From Candidatus Poseidoniia archaeon (GTDB lineage: Archaea > Thermoplasmatota > Poseidoniia > MGIII > CG-Epi1): a stretch of 63,674 nt of DNA. The notes below the pieces were generated by a model. That model saw only the letters and a program-made list of their open reading frames with translations, did no database searches and had not been told where the DNA came from. Made by a program: the position numbers and the translations under genes. Each line of letters begins with the position of its first letter. Within the stretch, counting starts at the first letter, position 1. Shown in pieces: positions 1 through 8,918 of this stretch. The stretch spans positions 1 to 63,674 of the forward strand of contig JAPYSW010000003.1 of assembly GCA_029936395.1 (NCBI GenBank), read 5' to 3'.

Positions 1-562
1 TACTAGAATCAAAGAAATTACCGTTTAACGCCAAAATTCCAGCATAGTGGACGCTGACTGAATCTCCAATTTGCGTCATATTTCTAAATGTGCCATTCGT
101 GTTTATGTTCAAACTTACTTGAGAAGTAGCATTTGAATTCTGTGAAGTTGCTTTCAAAACTGTTGAGATTTCGCCCTCTGTAGAATTAAAATACGGAGTA
201 AGACGTACATTTACAATAAATGGTATTACATTTTCACCATCAACCTCTATTTGTCCATAACCTTCTTCAATTATTACACTAACTATTTCATTATCACTTG
301 ATTCTACTGAAATATTATAGGTATCCGATTGTGAACCAGTATTCTCTACAACTAAAATAAAATCAGTATCATAACCTCGAGCTACAAAATGATTATTAGT
401 TAATACTCCTAAATTGAATCCATACTCTACAATATCCTCCTCTGGTTCGGGCATCTCTTCATTATCTCCCATGTAAGAATCTTTCATACAACCCGTTGAA
501 ACTAATACCGATATAATCATCAAAAAAGCGATCGGCATTGATAGGCTTCGAGAAGAAATCAT
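1..562 (-). CDS. Exported lipoprotein-like protein ending in an FKBP-type peptidyl-prolyl isomerase domain; the 3' part lies outside the window
   Basis: Not in the ORF track because there is no stop in the window. Own translation from ATG at 562 gives MISSRSLSMPIAFLMIISVLVSTGCMKDSYMGDNEEMPEPEEDIVEY..., a signal peptide with lipobox-like STGC. The last in-window residues, MTQIGDSVSVHYAGILALNGNFFDSS, match the FKBP signature V.VHY.G.L..G..FDSS and are in frame with the ATG. Confidence 0.55.
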   Translation of the reverse strand, partial: MISSRSLSMPIAFLMIISVLVSTGCMKDSYMGDNEEMPEPEEDIVEYGFNLGVLTNNHFVARGYDTDFILVVENTGSQSDTYNISVESSDNEIVSVIIEEGYGQIEVDGENVIPFIVNVRLTPYFNSTEGEISTVLKATSQNSNATSQVSLNINTNGTFRNMTQIGDSVSVHYAGILALNGNFFDSS

Positions 563-651
563 ACTTGTTTCTATAGGACTCAAATTATAAGAGTTTGTAA
601 TGCTTAAAATGGCTAAAAACGATACTACTCAAACTTACTCATCCGGCATTT

Positions 652-1254
652 CTAGCAGCACTCGCAGTCCTCTTCTTCAGAAGCTGGATCTAGACTCATT
701 CGGATAATTTTAATGCCACCATGACACACGATAATTGCTATAATCGTTCCAATTATAACATCGGGCCAAAAAGATCCGGTATACATTACCAATAGACCGG
801 CAAGTATAATTCCAGCTGAAGCAAATGCGTCATTTCTGCAACAGATAAAAGCGCTCATGAAGTTTATGTCTTTGTGTTGGTGCTTGTACATCATGAATGC
901 AACACTTGCGTTGCCAGCCAATGACATCACTCCAATAATAGAAATGATTCCTCCCGTCAAATCGGATTCCTCAATTAAACCAAGATATACATGATAGAAT
1001 GCCCACAAACCAAATACAGTCATTATTATTCCTTTGAATAATGCCAATCTATTCTTGACGGCTGTGGTCGATGATAATACGAGGATGCTTGATCCAAGGA
1101 TAAATACATCTCCGGAATTGTTAGCAGCATCGCCTAACAATGAAGCTGATTTCATCATTAAACCATACCATAAATCTACTGACATCATGACCAAATTTAT
1201 AATGAAGGCGATGACTAATGCCCTTCTTCCAAGTGCGTCAGCGTGTGTACTCAT
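652..1254 (-). CDS. Cation diffusion facilitator (CDF)-like metal efflux protein, membrane domain only
   Basis: 200 aa with about six hydrophobic segments. SASLLGDAANNSGDV and CCRNDAFASAGII align by eye with the CDF TM2 (LLADA.H.L.D) and TM5 (H...D..GS.G) motifs. The tail EEEDCECC is Cys-rich and acidic. There is no cytoplasmic C-terminal domain. Confidence 0.55.
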   Translation of the reverse strand: MSTHADALGRRALVIAFIINLVMMSVDLWYGLMMKSASLLGDAANNSGDVFILGSSILVLSSTTAVKNRLALFKGIIMTVFGLWAFYHVYLGLIEESDLTGGIISIIGVMSLAGNASVAFMMYKHQHKDINFMSAFICCRNDAFASAGIILAGLLVMYTGSFWPDVIIGTIIAIIVCHGGIKIIRMSLDPASEEEDCECC

Positions 1255-1314
1255 CCAGTCAATACCGTCTGCACTGCGCTATAAAGACCATTGTCAGTTC
1301 CACTGAAATAAAAC

Positions 1315-1452
1315 TTAAAATTCATAGGTGTAGCCATAATAAATGGCCACAATCAAAAGAATAATTGCAAGTAATAATAATTTTTTTGGTACCAATGCTA
1401 AAATTACGTCAGCCGCAATACTGAAGGGTTTCAATAATAATCCTAGAATCAT
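1315..1452 (-). CDS. Possible small membrane protein (45 aa)
   Basis: Own translation: MILGLLLKPFSIAADVILALVPKKLLLLAIILLIVAIYYGYTYEF. It has two hydrophobic stretches and lies on the same strand just upstream of the CDF gene. It is too short for the ORF track and has no motif support. Confidence 0.2.
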   Translation of the reverse strand: MILGLLLKPFSIAADVILALVPKKLLLLAIILLIVAIYYGYTYEF

Positions 1453-1510
1453 AAGTTGGCAATCTCTCCTATGTATTTAGGCATACTCTTAGTAATCGAA
1501 AGGATGTGTT

Positions 1511-1524
1511 TTATTTATAAAAAC
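1511..1524 (+). promoter_or_regulatory. Archaeal TATA-box-like element (TTATTTATAAAAAC) upstream of the prenyltransferase gene
   Basis: A T/A-rich TTTATAAA core is centred about 27 nt upstream of ATG 1543. That spacing is expected for a leaderless archaeal transcript. Confidence 0.35.
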
Positions 1525-1542
1525 ACCTCTTTAGTCTTAATT

Positions 1543-2448
1543 ATGCTCAACCGCAATGTAGTTCAGAATTGGTGGGATCTTTCGCGGGGTGGCAATATTA
1601 TTTTTGGAATTACAACTGTTACACTTGGAGCTTTTATGATGGGAGTAACTTACCAAGAAAGTATCGTAACTTTAGCATTGCACTCTTTCTGCATTGCTGC
1701 TTTTATTGCTAGTTGGTTTTCAATCAACGATTTATTGGATATTGAGGTTGATCGAATTAACCATCCTGATAGGCCCTTACCCTCTGAAAATATCTCTAAA
1801 GAATCTGCAAGAAAATATGGACATCGAATGATGATTCTCTCTGGGGTTGGACTTGTTGCTATTATTTTAAATGATGAAAAAGGAATCGAAGGATTGGCCT
1901 GGGTTGACTCCGTAATTGTTTGGTTAATGGCATTATTGCTAATGATAATATATGAATTGGACGGAAAACCGTTCAATCCCTCTTTAAAGAAAAGAATGTT
2001 TTGGGGAAATTTGACAATTGCAGGAACAATTTCAATCACCATCTTGTTTGGAGCTGCTGCAATTAATCATGCAACAAATCCTCTTCTTTGGCTGGTTGCA
2101 GCTAGTGCAATGGCCCTGACCACTGCAAGAGAAATTTGCATGGATTCTAATGACCGATTTGGAGATTATGATAGAACTACCTTGCCTAGAGTTATAGGCC
2201 TACAAAAAACACGTAAAACGGTATGGATTTTGGCTGTCGCTGCTGCACTCTTAATGTTGCTACCATTTGCTTTCAAACTTCTTCCTTCAAATATGATTCT
2301 TTTGATACTTCCGGCAATTGTCTGTATTATCTCAAGTAAACCATTTCTTACCCGAGGAAGTGATGCTGAAGCTGCTGAAGTTCTAAGAGCTGGAATGGTC
2401 TTTGGTTTAGTCGGTTTAGCACTCTGTGGCATGATTATAAACCGCTAA
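1543..2448 (+). CDS. UbiA-family prenyltransferase, digeranylgeranylglyceryl-phosphate synthase-like
   Basis: NDLLDIEVDRINHPDRPLPS is the first Asp-rich UbiA motif and MDSNDRFGDYDRTTLPRVIG the second. The protein is polytopic. The track ORF starts at TTG 1456; I prefer in-frame ATG 1543 (MLNRNVV...) because of the TATA spacing. The substrate cannot be read from the sequence. Confidence 0.7.
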   Translation: MLNRNVVQNWWDLSRGGNIIFGITTVTLGAFMMGVTYQESIVTLALHSFCIAAFIASWFSINDLLDIEVDRINHPDRPLPSENISKESARKYGHRMMILSGVGLVAIILNDEKGIEGLAWVDSVIVWLMALLLMIIYELDGKPFNPSLKKRMFWGNLTIAGTISITILFGAAAINHATNPLLWLVAASAMALTTAREICMDSNDRFGDYDRTTLPRVIGLQKTRKTVWILAVAAALLMLLPFAFKLLPSNMILLILPAIVCIISSKPFLTRGSDAEAAEVLRAGMVFGLVGLALCGMIINR

Positions 2449-2462
2449 TTCTAACCTAATAA

Positions 2463-3011
2463 GTGAACTACCTAGTCGAACATCCTAAAGTTGGGACTAT
2501 TCGTTATGACCGGAGCGATAAAGCAAAAAGAATTATTATTTCAGTAAAACCCGATTTTGTTAGAGTTGTAATTCCAAAGCGACAATCATTCAAAAATGCT
2601 CAGAAGTTTGTTGAATCCAAATTATCTTGGATTAAAACAAATAAACAAAGTATGGATTTACAGCTTAAAAAAAGAGACGAACTACCACAAATTGATAGGA
2701 AAGTTGCCCGTAAAGTTTTATGTCGGAGAATCGGTGAATTAGCTCAACTACACAACTTTACATACAACCGAATTTCTATTAGAAAACAAAAGACTAGATG
2801 GGGTAGTTGCTCTTCTAAAGACAATATAAACTTGAATATGAATTTACTACATTTGCCTTCGGAACTAATGGATTATATTTTACTTCATGAATTAGTACAT
2901 ACTAGAATCAAAAATCATAGCACCGATTTCTGGGATGAATTGGATACTGTTGTTCCTAATGCAAGAAATATTGATCAAAAACTAAAAGATTATCAATATT
3001 GTTTAATTTAG
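2463..3011 (+). CDS. YgjP/DUF45-family zinc-dependent hydrolase (HExxH)
   Basis: The C-terminal WGSCSSKDNINLNMNLLHLPSELMDYILLHELVHTRIKNHSTDFW is the typical DUF45 signature with HELVH. GTG start. Confidence 0.7.
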   Translation: MNYLVEHPKVGTIRYDRSDKAKRIIISVKPDFVRVVIPKRQSFKNAQKFVESKLSWIKTNKQSMDLQLKKRDELPQIDRKVARKVLCRRIGELAQLHNFTYNRISIRKQKTRWGSCSSKDNINLNMNLLHLPSELMDYILLHELVHTRIKNHSTDFWDELDTVVPNARNIDQKLKDYQYCLI

Positions 3012-3013
3012 AT

Positions 3014-3304
3014 TCAAAACACCTTGGCGGCAATCAAACAAACTGCCACTCCGGCTAAGAGTAATGGATATCTGATTACTACAAGTAAATCGCGTATTAC
3101 ACTTCCCTCATCACATTGACCCTCGTCTGCACCTACTATCTGGCCAATTTGGCCTGTAATACTTTCGCAGTCTTCTTCGAGTCTTTCATCAATATAGTCT
3201 ATTGCAAAAGTTGCTACAAAGAAACTTAGTATCAGAGAGGCACCTATCAGAAACCCGAAAGTTCCTGCTAACATATTCATAATGGACTTGTTGTCGTCGG
3301 ACAT
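3014..3304 (-). CDS. Small two-TM protein with an acidic Cys-pair loop
   Basis: 96 aa with TM segments LAGTFGFLIGASLILSFFVATFAI and LLVVIRYPLLLAGVAVCLIAAKVF. The loop is DERLEEDCESITGQIGQIVGADEGQCDEG. It starts 5 nt after the stop of the acidic protein gene on the same strand. Confidence 0.45.
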   Translation of the reverse strand: MSDDNKSIMNMLAGTFGFLIGASLILSFFVATFAIDYIDERLEEDCESITGQIGQIVGADEGQCDEGSVIRDLLVVIRYPLLLAGVAVCLIAAKVF

Positions 3305-3309
3305 CTATA

Positions 3310-4719
3310 TTATTCTTCGTTAGAATCGTCTTCGTCGTCAGATTCGTCTTCATCGTTTTCATCCCACTCATCATCTTCATCGGATTCATCTTCTTCTTCG
3401 TTAGCCTCATCCTCTTCATCATCACGTTCTTTGTCACAATCACCTTCTCTTTCTTCAAACTCTGCAATCATTTCTTCTAATTCTGCACAAGCTTCTTCGT
3501 CACCTTCTTCTTCACAAGCATACTCAAGTTCTTCTAATATTTCACGAACGAAAGCATCACGGTGTGGGCCTCTTTCTTTACGGTCATCATCTCTATCGTA
3601 GCCCTCTTTTCTATCTTTACCGTCATTAAAGATTTTCTTCCATTCTTCCATAGTTAGACAAGAATCTTCATTCCAATCTCTCTCTCCATCATTATGCCAA
3701 TCTTTGTTCCAGCCCTCTTTCCGGTCATTCAACATCTCAGCAATCATTTCACGAAGCTCGACACAAGCATCTTCGTCGCCATTTTCACAAGCTTCTGCTA
3801 ATTCTTGTATTACTGCGCGAATTTCGTCCCAGTTTTCATCATAGCGGTCAGTTACATGATTATGATCATCTGCTTCATCATCATCGTGTGAGTGGTCATC
3901 TGCTTCGTCATCAGCGTGGTTGTGTTCGCCATCATCTTCTTCTTCGTCAGAATCATCATTACCACCTCGAGCACCGTCATCTTCTTCGTCACGCTCTTCT
4001 TCATCGCGATCTTCTGCCAATTCTTCACGGATTTCTAATAATTCATCACAAGATTCTTCATCGCCTTCCTTACAAGCTTCTGCAAGAATTTCTAATTCTT
4101 CAAACCATTCATCATCCCAATCTTTCTCTTCTCGATCCCATTCTTTATCTCGGCCAAAAAAGTTTTTGTGGGATTTTCTCTCATCTCCTATCTTTTTCTC
4201 AATATCTGCAATGGTGTAACATGGTTCGTCTTTATCTTCATCTGATTCAAATTTTAATGTCCATTCATCTACAGTTAAACAACCGTCATATTTAGAAGAT
4301 GAAACTGTTTTTTTGTCTGCCCAATCTTCTCTATCATAATACTCTTCCTTCTTGTCATCTGTTTTTTGATTGTCTTTGCTATCGCCACGTGCTCTATCAT
4401 TTTCTTCAGACTCTTTACGTTCGTCATCTAATTCTTTTTCTAATGAAGAAACCCGATTTCTGAGTTCTTTCCACTCTTCAAATGTAAAACAAGGAACGTC
4501 ACTATCTTTTGTTGCTAAAAGTTCTCTGTCAGCAAGATCGCTTTCATCTAATTTACTATCATCAATAATTTCACTTACTTTAGTTGGCTCATCATTTGCC
4601 AGCATATCTTCAAAATTATCTCTGACATCTTCAATAAATATTTGTCCACTATCAGTTGCTGCAATCGGTGCCGCAGTCAACATCATGATTGCGATAACTA
4701 AGGCTTTACCTTCTAACAT
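3310..4719 (-). CDS. Extremely acidic exported protein with repeated Cys-containing modules and a His-rich block
   Basis: 469 aa with an N-terminal hydrophobic signal/anchor (ALVIAIMMLTAAPIAA). There are three copies of E-L-x-x-A-C-x-x-G-D-E-x-x-C-x-E-L-x-E-[IM] and four copies of C-[FLY]-T-x-x-[ED]-[WI]-x-x-[LKI]. A His/Asp block reads HNHADDEADDHSHDDDEADDHNH. The remainder is D/E-rich. Confidence 0.6.
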   Translation of the reverse strand: MLEGKALVIAIMMLTAAPIAATDSGQIFIEDVRDNFEDMLANDEPTKVSEIIDDSKLDESDLADRELLATKDSDVPCFTFEEWKELRNRVSSLEKELDDERKESEENDRARGDSKDNQKTDDKKEEYYDREDWADKKTVSSSKYDGCLTVDEWTLKFESDEDKDEPCYTIADIEKKIGDERKSHKNFFGRDKEWDREEKDWDDEWFEELEILAEACKEGDEESCDELLEIREELAEDRDEEERDEEDDGARGGNDDSDEEEDDGEHNHADDEADDHSHDDDEADDHNHVTDRYDENWDEIRAVIQELAEACENGDEDACVELREMIAEMLNDRKEGWNKDWHNDGERDWNEDSCLTMEEWKKIFNDGKDRKEGYDRDDDRKERGPHRDAFVREILEELEYACEEEGDEEACAELEEMIAEFEEREGDCDKERDDEEDEANEEEDESDEDDEWDENDEDESDDEDDSNEE

Positions 4720-4844
4720 ATTTTACTAAAAGTTGTTTAAGTATATAAAAGAATGCCAAAGAAACTTTTTGTTTTGTACTTGAAAGAACCATCTCTTGAA
4801 TTCTGAACCCAATCTTTGATAAGGCCCTACTCTGAATATATGAT

Positions 4845-5819
4845 ATGGGTACCATTACTACCAAAGGATTAACTAAAAAATTTGGTAAATTAACTGCTGT
4901 TGATGATTTAGATTTAGATATCAAAGAAGGTGAAATATTTGGTTTATTAGGTCCAAATGGTGCAGGGAAAACAACAACTATTTCGATGTTAGCAACATTA
5001 CTTGCCCCTACTGCAGGGACGGCCACTGTAGCCAATCAAGATATTTTACAAAATCCATCTAAAGTAAGAGAACATATTGGAATTGTATTCCAGGATCCCT
5101 CTAGTGATGATATTCTAACTGGTAGAGAAAATTTGTACTTGCATGGTTTGATGTATGGAGTTCCACGCTCCATTATTCCTGAACGAATTGATGCTGCTTT
5201 TGACTTAGTACAACTTACTGGAAGAGAAGATGATCTTGTCAAAACGTATTCTGGTGGAATGAGACGTAGGCTAGAATTGGCCCGCGGCCTTCTACATCAT
5301 CCTGAAATATTATTCTTAGATGAGCCTACATTAGGCTTGGATCCTCAAACTCGTAAGCGTATTTGGGAACATATTGAAAAGATTGTTAAAGATCGTAAAG
5401 TAACTATTATCCTAACTACTCACTATATGGAAGAAGCTGATCGTCTGTGTGATAGATTAGCCATTATTGATCATGGTAAAATTGTAGCATTGGATACTCC
5501 AAATGCACTCAAAGCTCAGGTAGGCGGAGATACCGTCCAAATGGAAGTTTCAGACCCTGAACGTGCAGCAAAAGAACTTGATAAACTAGAATGTGTTAGT
5601 CGTTGTGAAATTCGAGAAAATAGATTAGATGTTGCAGTTAAAGATGTAGCTCAGAACTTGCCTAAAGTTTTTGCTGCAGCTGGTGAAATAGCTAATTTTA
5701 GTGTCAGGAATACAACTCTAGATGATGTATTCATGCATTATACGGGATATGATATCAGAGATGAAGGTGCTGAAGGTACAGCCAAACATATGCAAAGAGT
5801 TATGGGGATAAAACGATGA
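4845..5819 (+). CDS. ABC transporter ATP-binding protein (ABC-2/DrrA-like exporter subunit)
   Basis: Walker A GPNGAGKTT, signature YSGGMRRRLELA, Walker B ILFLDEPT, H-loop TTHYMEEA. Confidence 0.9.
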   Translation: MGTITTKGLTKKFGKLTAVDDLDLDIKEGEIFGLLGPNGAGKTTTISMLATLLAPTAGTATVANQDILQNPSKVREHIGIVFQDPSSDDILTGRENLYLHGLMYGVPRSIIPERIDAAFDLVQLTGREDDLVKTYSGGMRRRLELARGLLHHPEILFLDEPTLGLDPQTRKRIWEHIEKIVKDRKVTIILTTHYMEEADRLCDRLAIIDHGKIVALDTPNALKAQVGGDTVQMEVSDPERAAKELDKLECVSRCEIRENRLDVAVKDVAQNLPKVFAAAGEIANFSVRNTTLDDVFMHYTGYDIRDEGAEGTAKHMQRVMGIKR

Positions 5820-6601
5820 ATCAATTGAATGGTTTGTATGCAATTTGGCTACGAGAAGTAAAAGTCTACTTTAGAGAATATTCTAGATTAATTGGTTCGA
5901 TACTTACACCATTGCTATGGTTATTAGTCTTAGGCAAAGGAATTGGAGCTTCAATTGATGAAAATGAAGGTTTTGCAGGAGTGCCATATGAAGTATTTAT
6001 TTTCCCAGGGATATTGACTATGACTGTACTTTTCCAATCTGTGTTTTATGGATTGTACATTGTTTGGGATAGAAAAATTGATTTTCTAAAAGAAGTTCTA
6101 GCAGCCCCTCTTAATCGTTCAACTGTTTTTCTTGGAAAATGTTTGGGAGGAGTCACCGATTCAATGATTCAAGTAACAATCATTATTGTATTAGGTTTCT
6201 TTATTTTCCCTAATCTTGAATATACTTTACAGAGCCTTATGCTCGTTTATCTTTACTTGTTTTTATTAGCTGTAATTATGACTTCTTTAGGACTCATAAT
6301 TGGATCGAGAATGGATTCTCCAGAGGGATTCTCTCTGATAACTAGCTTAGTTGTATTCCCTATGTATTTCCTAAGTGGAGCACTATTCCTAAAGAAAAGT
6401 TTGATTGATGAAGCTCCAATAATTTATTGGTTAACAGCCATAAATCCGGCAAGTTATGCAGTTGATGCAATTAGGTATACTCTGATTCCCGAAGAAATTT
6501 TTCTTGAATTTGGATTAGGACGAGATTTAACTGTTTTAATTGGTTTTTGTATTTTCCTACTTGCTTTAGGAACCTATTGTTTCAAAACTATGAAACTCTA
6601 A
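5816..6601 (+). CDS. ABC-2 type transporter permease
   Basis: 261 aa with about six TM segments. It overlaps the ATPase stop by 4 nt (ATGA), the usual ABC-2 pairing. Confidence 0.8.
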   Translation: MNQLNGLYAIWLREVKVYFREYSRLIGSILTPLLWLLVLGKGIGASIDENEGFAGVPYEVFIFPGILTMTVLFQSVFYGLYIVWDRKIDFLKEVLAAPLNRSTVFLGKCLGGVTDSMIQVTIIIVLGFFIFPNLEYTLQSLMLVYLYLFLLAVIMTSLGLIIGSRMDSPEGFSLITSLVVFPMYFLSGALFLKKSLIDEAPIIYWLTAINPASYAVDAIRYTLIPEEIFLEFGLGRDLTVLIGFCIFLLALGTYCFKTMKL

Positions 6602-6634
6602 GTTTAATTAAGCCTAATTCATTACGTCGTAACT

Positions 6635-7345
6635 ATGACTAAAACGGCACTCGTAACTGGAGCATCTTCGGGAATTGGAAGAGGAATTGCAATAAAATTA
6701 GGACAAGAAGGATGGGAAGTGACCTTAGTTTCTCGTCGAAAAGAAAATTTAGAGACTGTTGCAAAGGAAGTCGAAAAGGCCGGGGGGACATCCCATATTT
6801 TTGCTACAGATTTAACAAAAGAAGGAAATCCAGATCGTGCAGTTAAATTTGGTATAGAGAAAATGGGCCAGGTTGGCACGTTGGTCAATAATGCTGGAAT
6901 GGGTCGTTTTGAAATGGTTCCAGATATCAAAGATGAATCTTTTCAAGAACAATTTCAACTCAATGTTTGGACTTGTATGGCAATGGTTCGATCTGCCGTA
7001 CCATACTTCAAGAAAAATGGAGGCGGACAAATCATCAATATTGGTTCCATTGTAGGTTACCTTGGAATATCAAAAGGTTCGATTTATTCAAGCACTAAAT
7101 GGGCTCTAAGAGGCCTTAATGAGAGTTGGAGAGAAGAGTTGTATCCTGATAATATCAAAGTCTGTTATGTTGGGCCTGGTTTTGTCTTAACTGAATTCAA
7201 TGGAAGAAAAGAGGGTGGCACTCCTGAAGAACAAGAGTGGGCGATGGTCCCAGGAGATGTAGCTCATGCCGTTTATTGTGTAGCTACGCAAGGTCCTAAT
7301 AGCGATATCAAAGAGATATCAATCCAAGTTTTAGATCGTAGTTAA
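6635..7345 (+). CDS. Short-chain dehydrogenase/reductase (classical SDR)
   Basis: TGASSGIGRG (TGxxxGxG), NNAG and YSSTKWA (YxxxK). Confidence 0.85.
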   Translation: MTKTALVTGASSGIGRGIAIKLGQEGWEVTLVSRRKENLETVAKEVEKAGGTSHIFATDLTKEGNPDRAVKFGIEKMGQVGTLVNNAGMGRFEMVPDIKDESFQEQFQLNVWTCMAMVRSAVPYFKKNGGGQIINIGSIVGYLGISKGSIYSSTKWALRGLNESWREELYPDNIKVCYVGPGFVLTEFNGRKEGGTPEEQEWAMVPGDVAHAVYCVATQGPNSDIKEISIQVLDRS

Positions 7346-7420
7346 TTATTACGTAAACGCGATTAATTTGTTTAAATACTAATCGTCGGAGGTTGGGCTG
7401 GTATTAAATTCGTAAATCGA

Positions 7421-7831
7421 TTATTCTTCTTCATCTTCTAAGTGAAGATATCCTGATGTGAAAAGTCCACCCATAATTACTGTAATCACAACTAGCATTT
7501 GAATTTCCATAAAGCCATAACCTGCGTCAGTTCCTGCAGGATATAACACAAGCATACTAGACCAAAATCCTCCACCAATTGTCATTGCCATTATTGAACG
7601 CGCTCTTCCGGTTAACATTAATCCAGAGACTAGAGCTACAATAGAGATAGGAAGTTGACTAAGCCCCCATGCTTTTTCATAGAAAACATCATTGGCAGTA
7701 TAATCTTCTCCCCATCCCATTTCAGCAGAATCTTCAGCTGTAGCAAAATTTACTACACCAGTAATAACTCCGAGAGCTCCTATTACGATCAACCACCATT
7801 TAGGTTTCATGTATTGCTTGATTGCGTCCAT
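7421..7831 (-). CDS. Membrane protein, single copy of the module duplicated in the upstream gene
   Basis: 136 aa with four hydrophobic segments and an acidic C-terminus (HLEDEEE). Its start is 1 nt after the stop of the 361-aa gene. Confidence 0.5.
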   Translation of the reverse strand: MDAIKQYMKPKWWLIVIGALGVITGVVNFATAEDSAEMGWGEDYTANDVFYEKAWGLSQLPISIVALVSGLMLTGRARSIMAMTIGGGFWSSMLVLYPAGTDAGYGFMEIQMLVVITVIMGGLFTSGYLHLEDEEE

Positions 7832-7832
7832 A

Positions 7833-8918
7833 TTACATCATCCTCACAGCAACAAGAATTACAACCATGACAGTCATAATTCCAGGGTACATCCTAGTCA
7901 AGAAATCTGGGAAATCGCCTCCATCTTCGCCCATAATAGTCATTCCGTCTTCAATACCTTCATCTCTAAGTCTCATATATCCGACTGAAACGCAAATCCA
8001 AACTATTGAAGAGATTATTACATTCTGCACTAATTGTGCGTTTACATCATCTGGTGCATTCCATCTTAAATCATCGTTAAACAATAAAATCATTATTGCT
8101 GTTAATGCAAAGAAACCTATGCCAAACATGCTGATATGTCCTAGTGGCCATTTGCCTTTTGGTCCAGTTCTTAGAATATTAACTGCAAAAAGGGTGTATG
8201 GTACGAAAAGCGATCCTAATAATTGTACTTGAAGAGGAGTTGCAGAATGAGGTTCTGTGTCAAAATATTCGGTAAGTACAGGTAAAAAAGTAGAACTATC
8301 GGCTTTACCTGCATATCCATCTCCAAAAAGAAGGTTATTGATAGAGAAGATAACTCCAATAATTACAGGAACCACAAACATTCCTACAGTTACTTTGTCT
8401 TTGACTTGAATTCCTTTAACTTCAAAGGTTAATCCATCATCAACTCCTTCTTCTTTTAAGAAAAAGTAAGCGCCACCATATGCTGCAGTAACTAAAATAG
8501 TTGCAATCAATGGATTGTTATTAGGTAACTCATCTTTCCCCATTATCATAACTATAGACATAGTTACAAGGCCTGCAAAGATAGGTAGCATCAAGCTCCA
8601 TTTCCCTTTAGCACCTTCATTTAGAATCAAAAGATTGGACATTGCCAATCCTAACATTAGTGCACCCATAAGTTGAAGTGTTTCGACACCTCTACCAAAA
8701 TTTTCACTATCTAAAGCTGCACCACTAGTCAAGATACTGGTACAAGATTCACCTGCGGTCCAGTCTCCTGTTGCCATATCTACAGTGGCATCAGTACCAT
8801 CTGTGGTGTAACAGTTTGCAAAGAGTATAAAATTCATTGCATAAACTAACATTATCAATGCTGAAAGGCCAAGACAAACTTTGGCCGGCATTCCCTTCAC
8901 GCCATCGAACATAAGCAC
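7833..8918 (-). CDS. Polytopic membrane protein with internal tandem duplication
   Basis: 361 aa. LQLMGALMLGLAMSNLLILNEGAKGKWSL...KEEGVDDGLTFE is repeated as VQLLGSLFVPYTLFAVNILRTGPKGKWPL...RDEGIEDGMTIM. No family recognised. Confidence 0.55.
   Translation of the reverse strand: MLMFDGVKGMPAKVCLGLSALIMLVYAMNFILFANCYTTDGTDATVDMATGDWTAGESCTSILTSGAALDSENFGRGVETLQLMGALMLGLAMSNLLILNEGAKGKWSLMLPIFAGLVTMSIVMIMGKDELPNNNPLIATILVTAAYGGAYFFLKEEGVDDGLTFEVKGIQVKDKVTVGMFVVPVIIGVIFSINNLLFGDGYAGKADSSTFLPVLTEYFDTEPHSATPLQVQLLGSLFVPYTLFAVNILRTGPKGKWPLGHISMFGIGFFALTAIMILLFNDDLRWNAPDDVNAQLVQNVIISSIVWICVSVGYMRLRDEGIEDGMTIMGEDGGDFPDFLTRMYPGIMTVMVVILVAVRMM

Noticed and set aside
3888-4729. Long plus-strand ORFs (3888-4295, 3920-4219, 4370-4729) antisense to the acidic protein gene, encoding Ser/Leu/His-rich peptides
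   Set aside because: They are the mirror image of GAA/GAT/GAC-rich codons on the coding strand: antisense of Asp/Glu runs gives Ser/Leu/Ile runs without stops. They have no start context or motifs. The minus-strand gene has a signal peptide and a structured repeat organisation.
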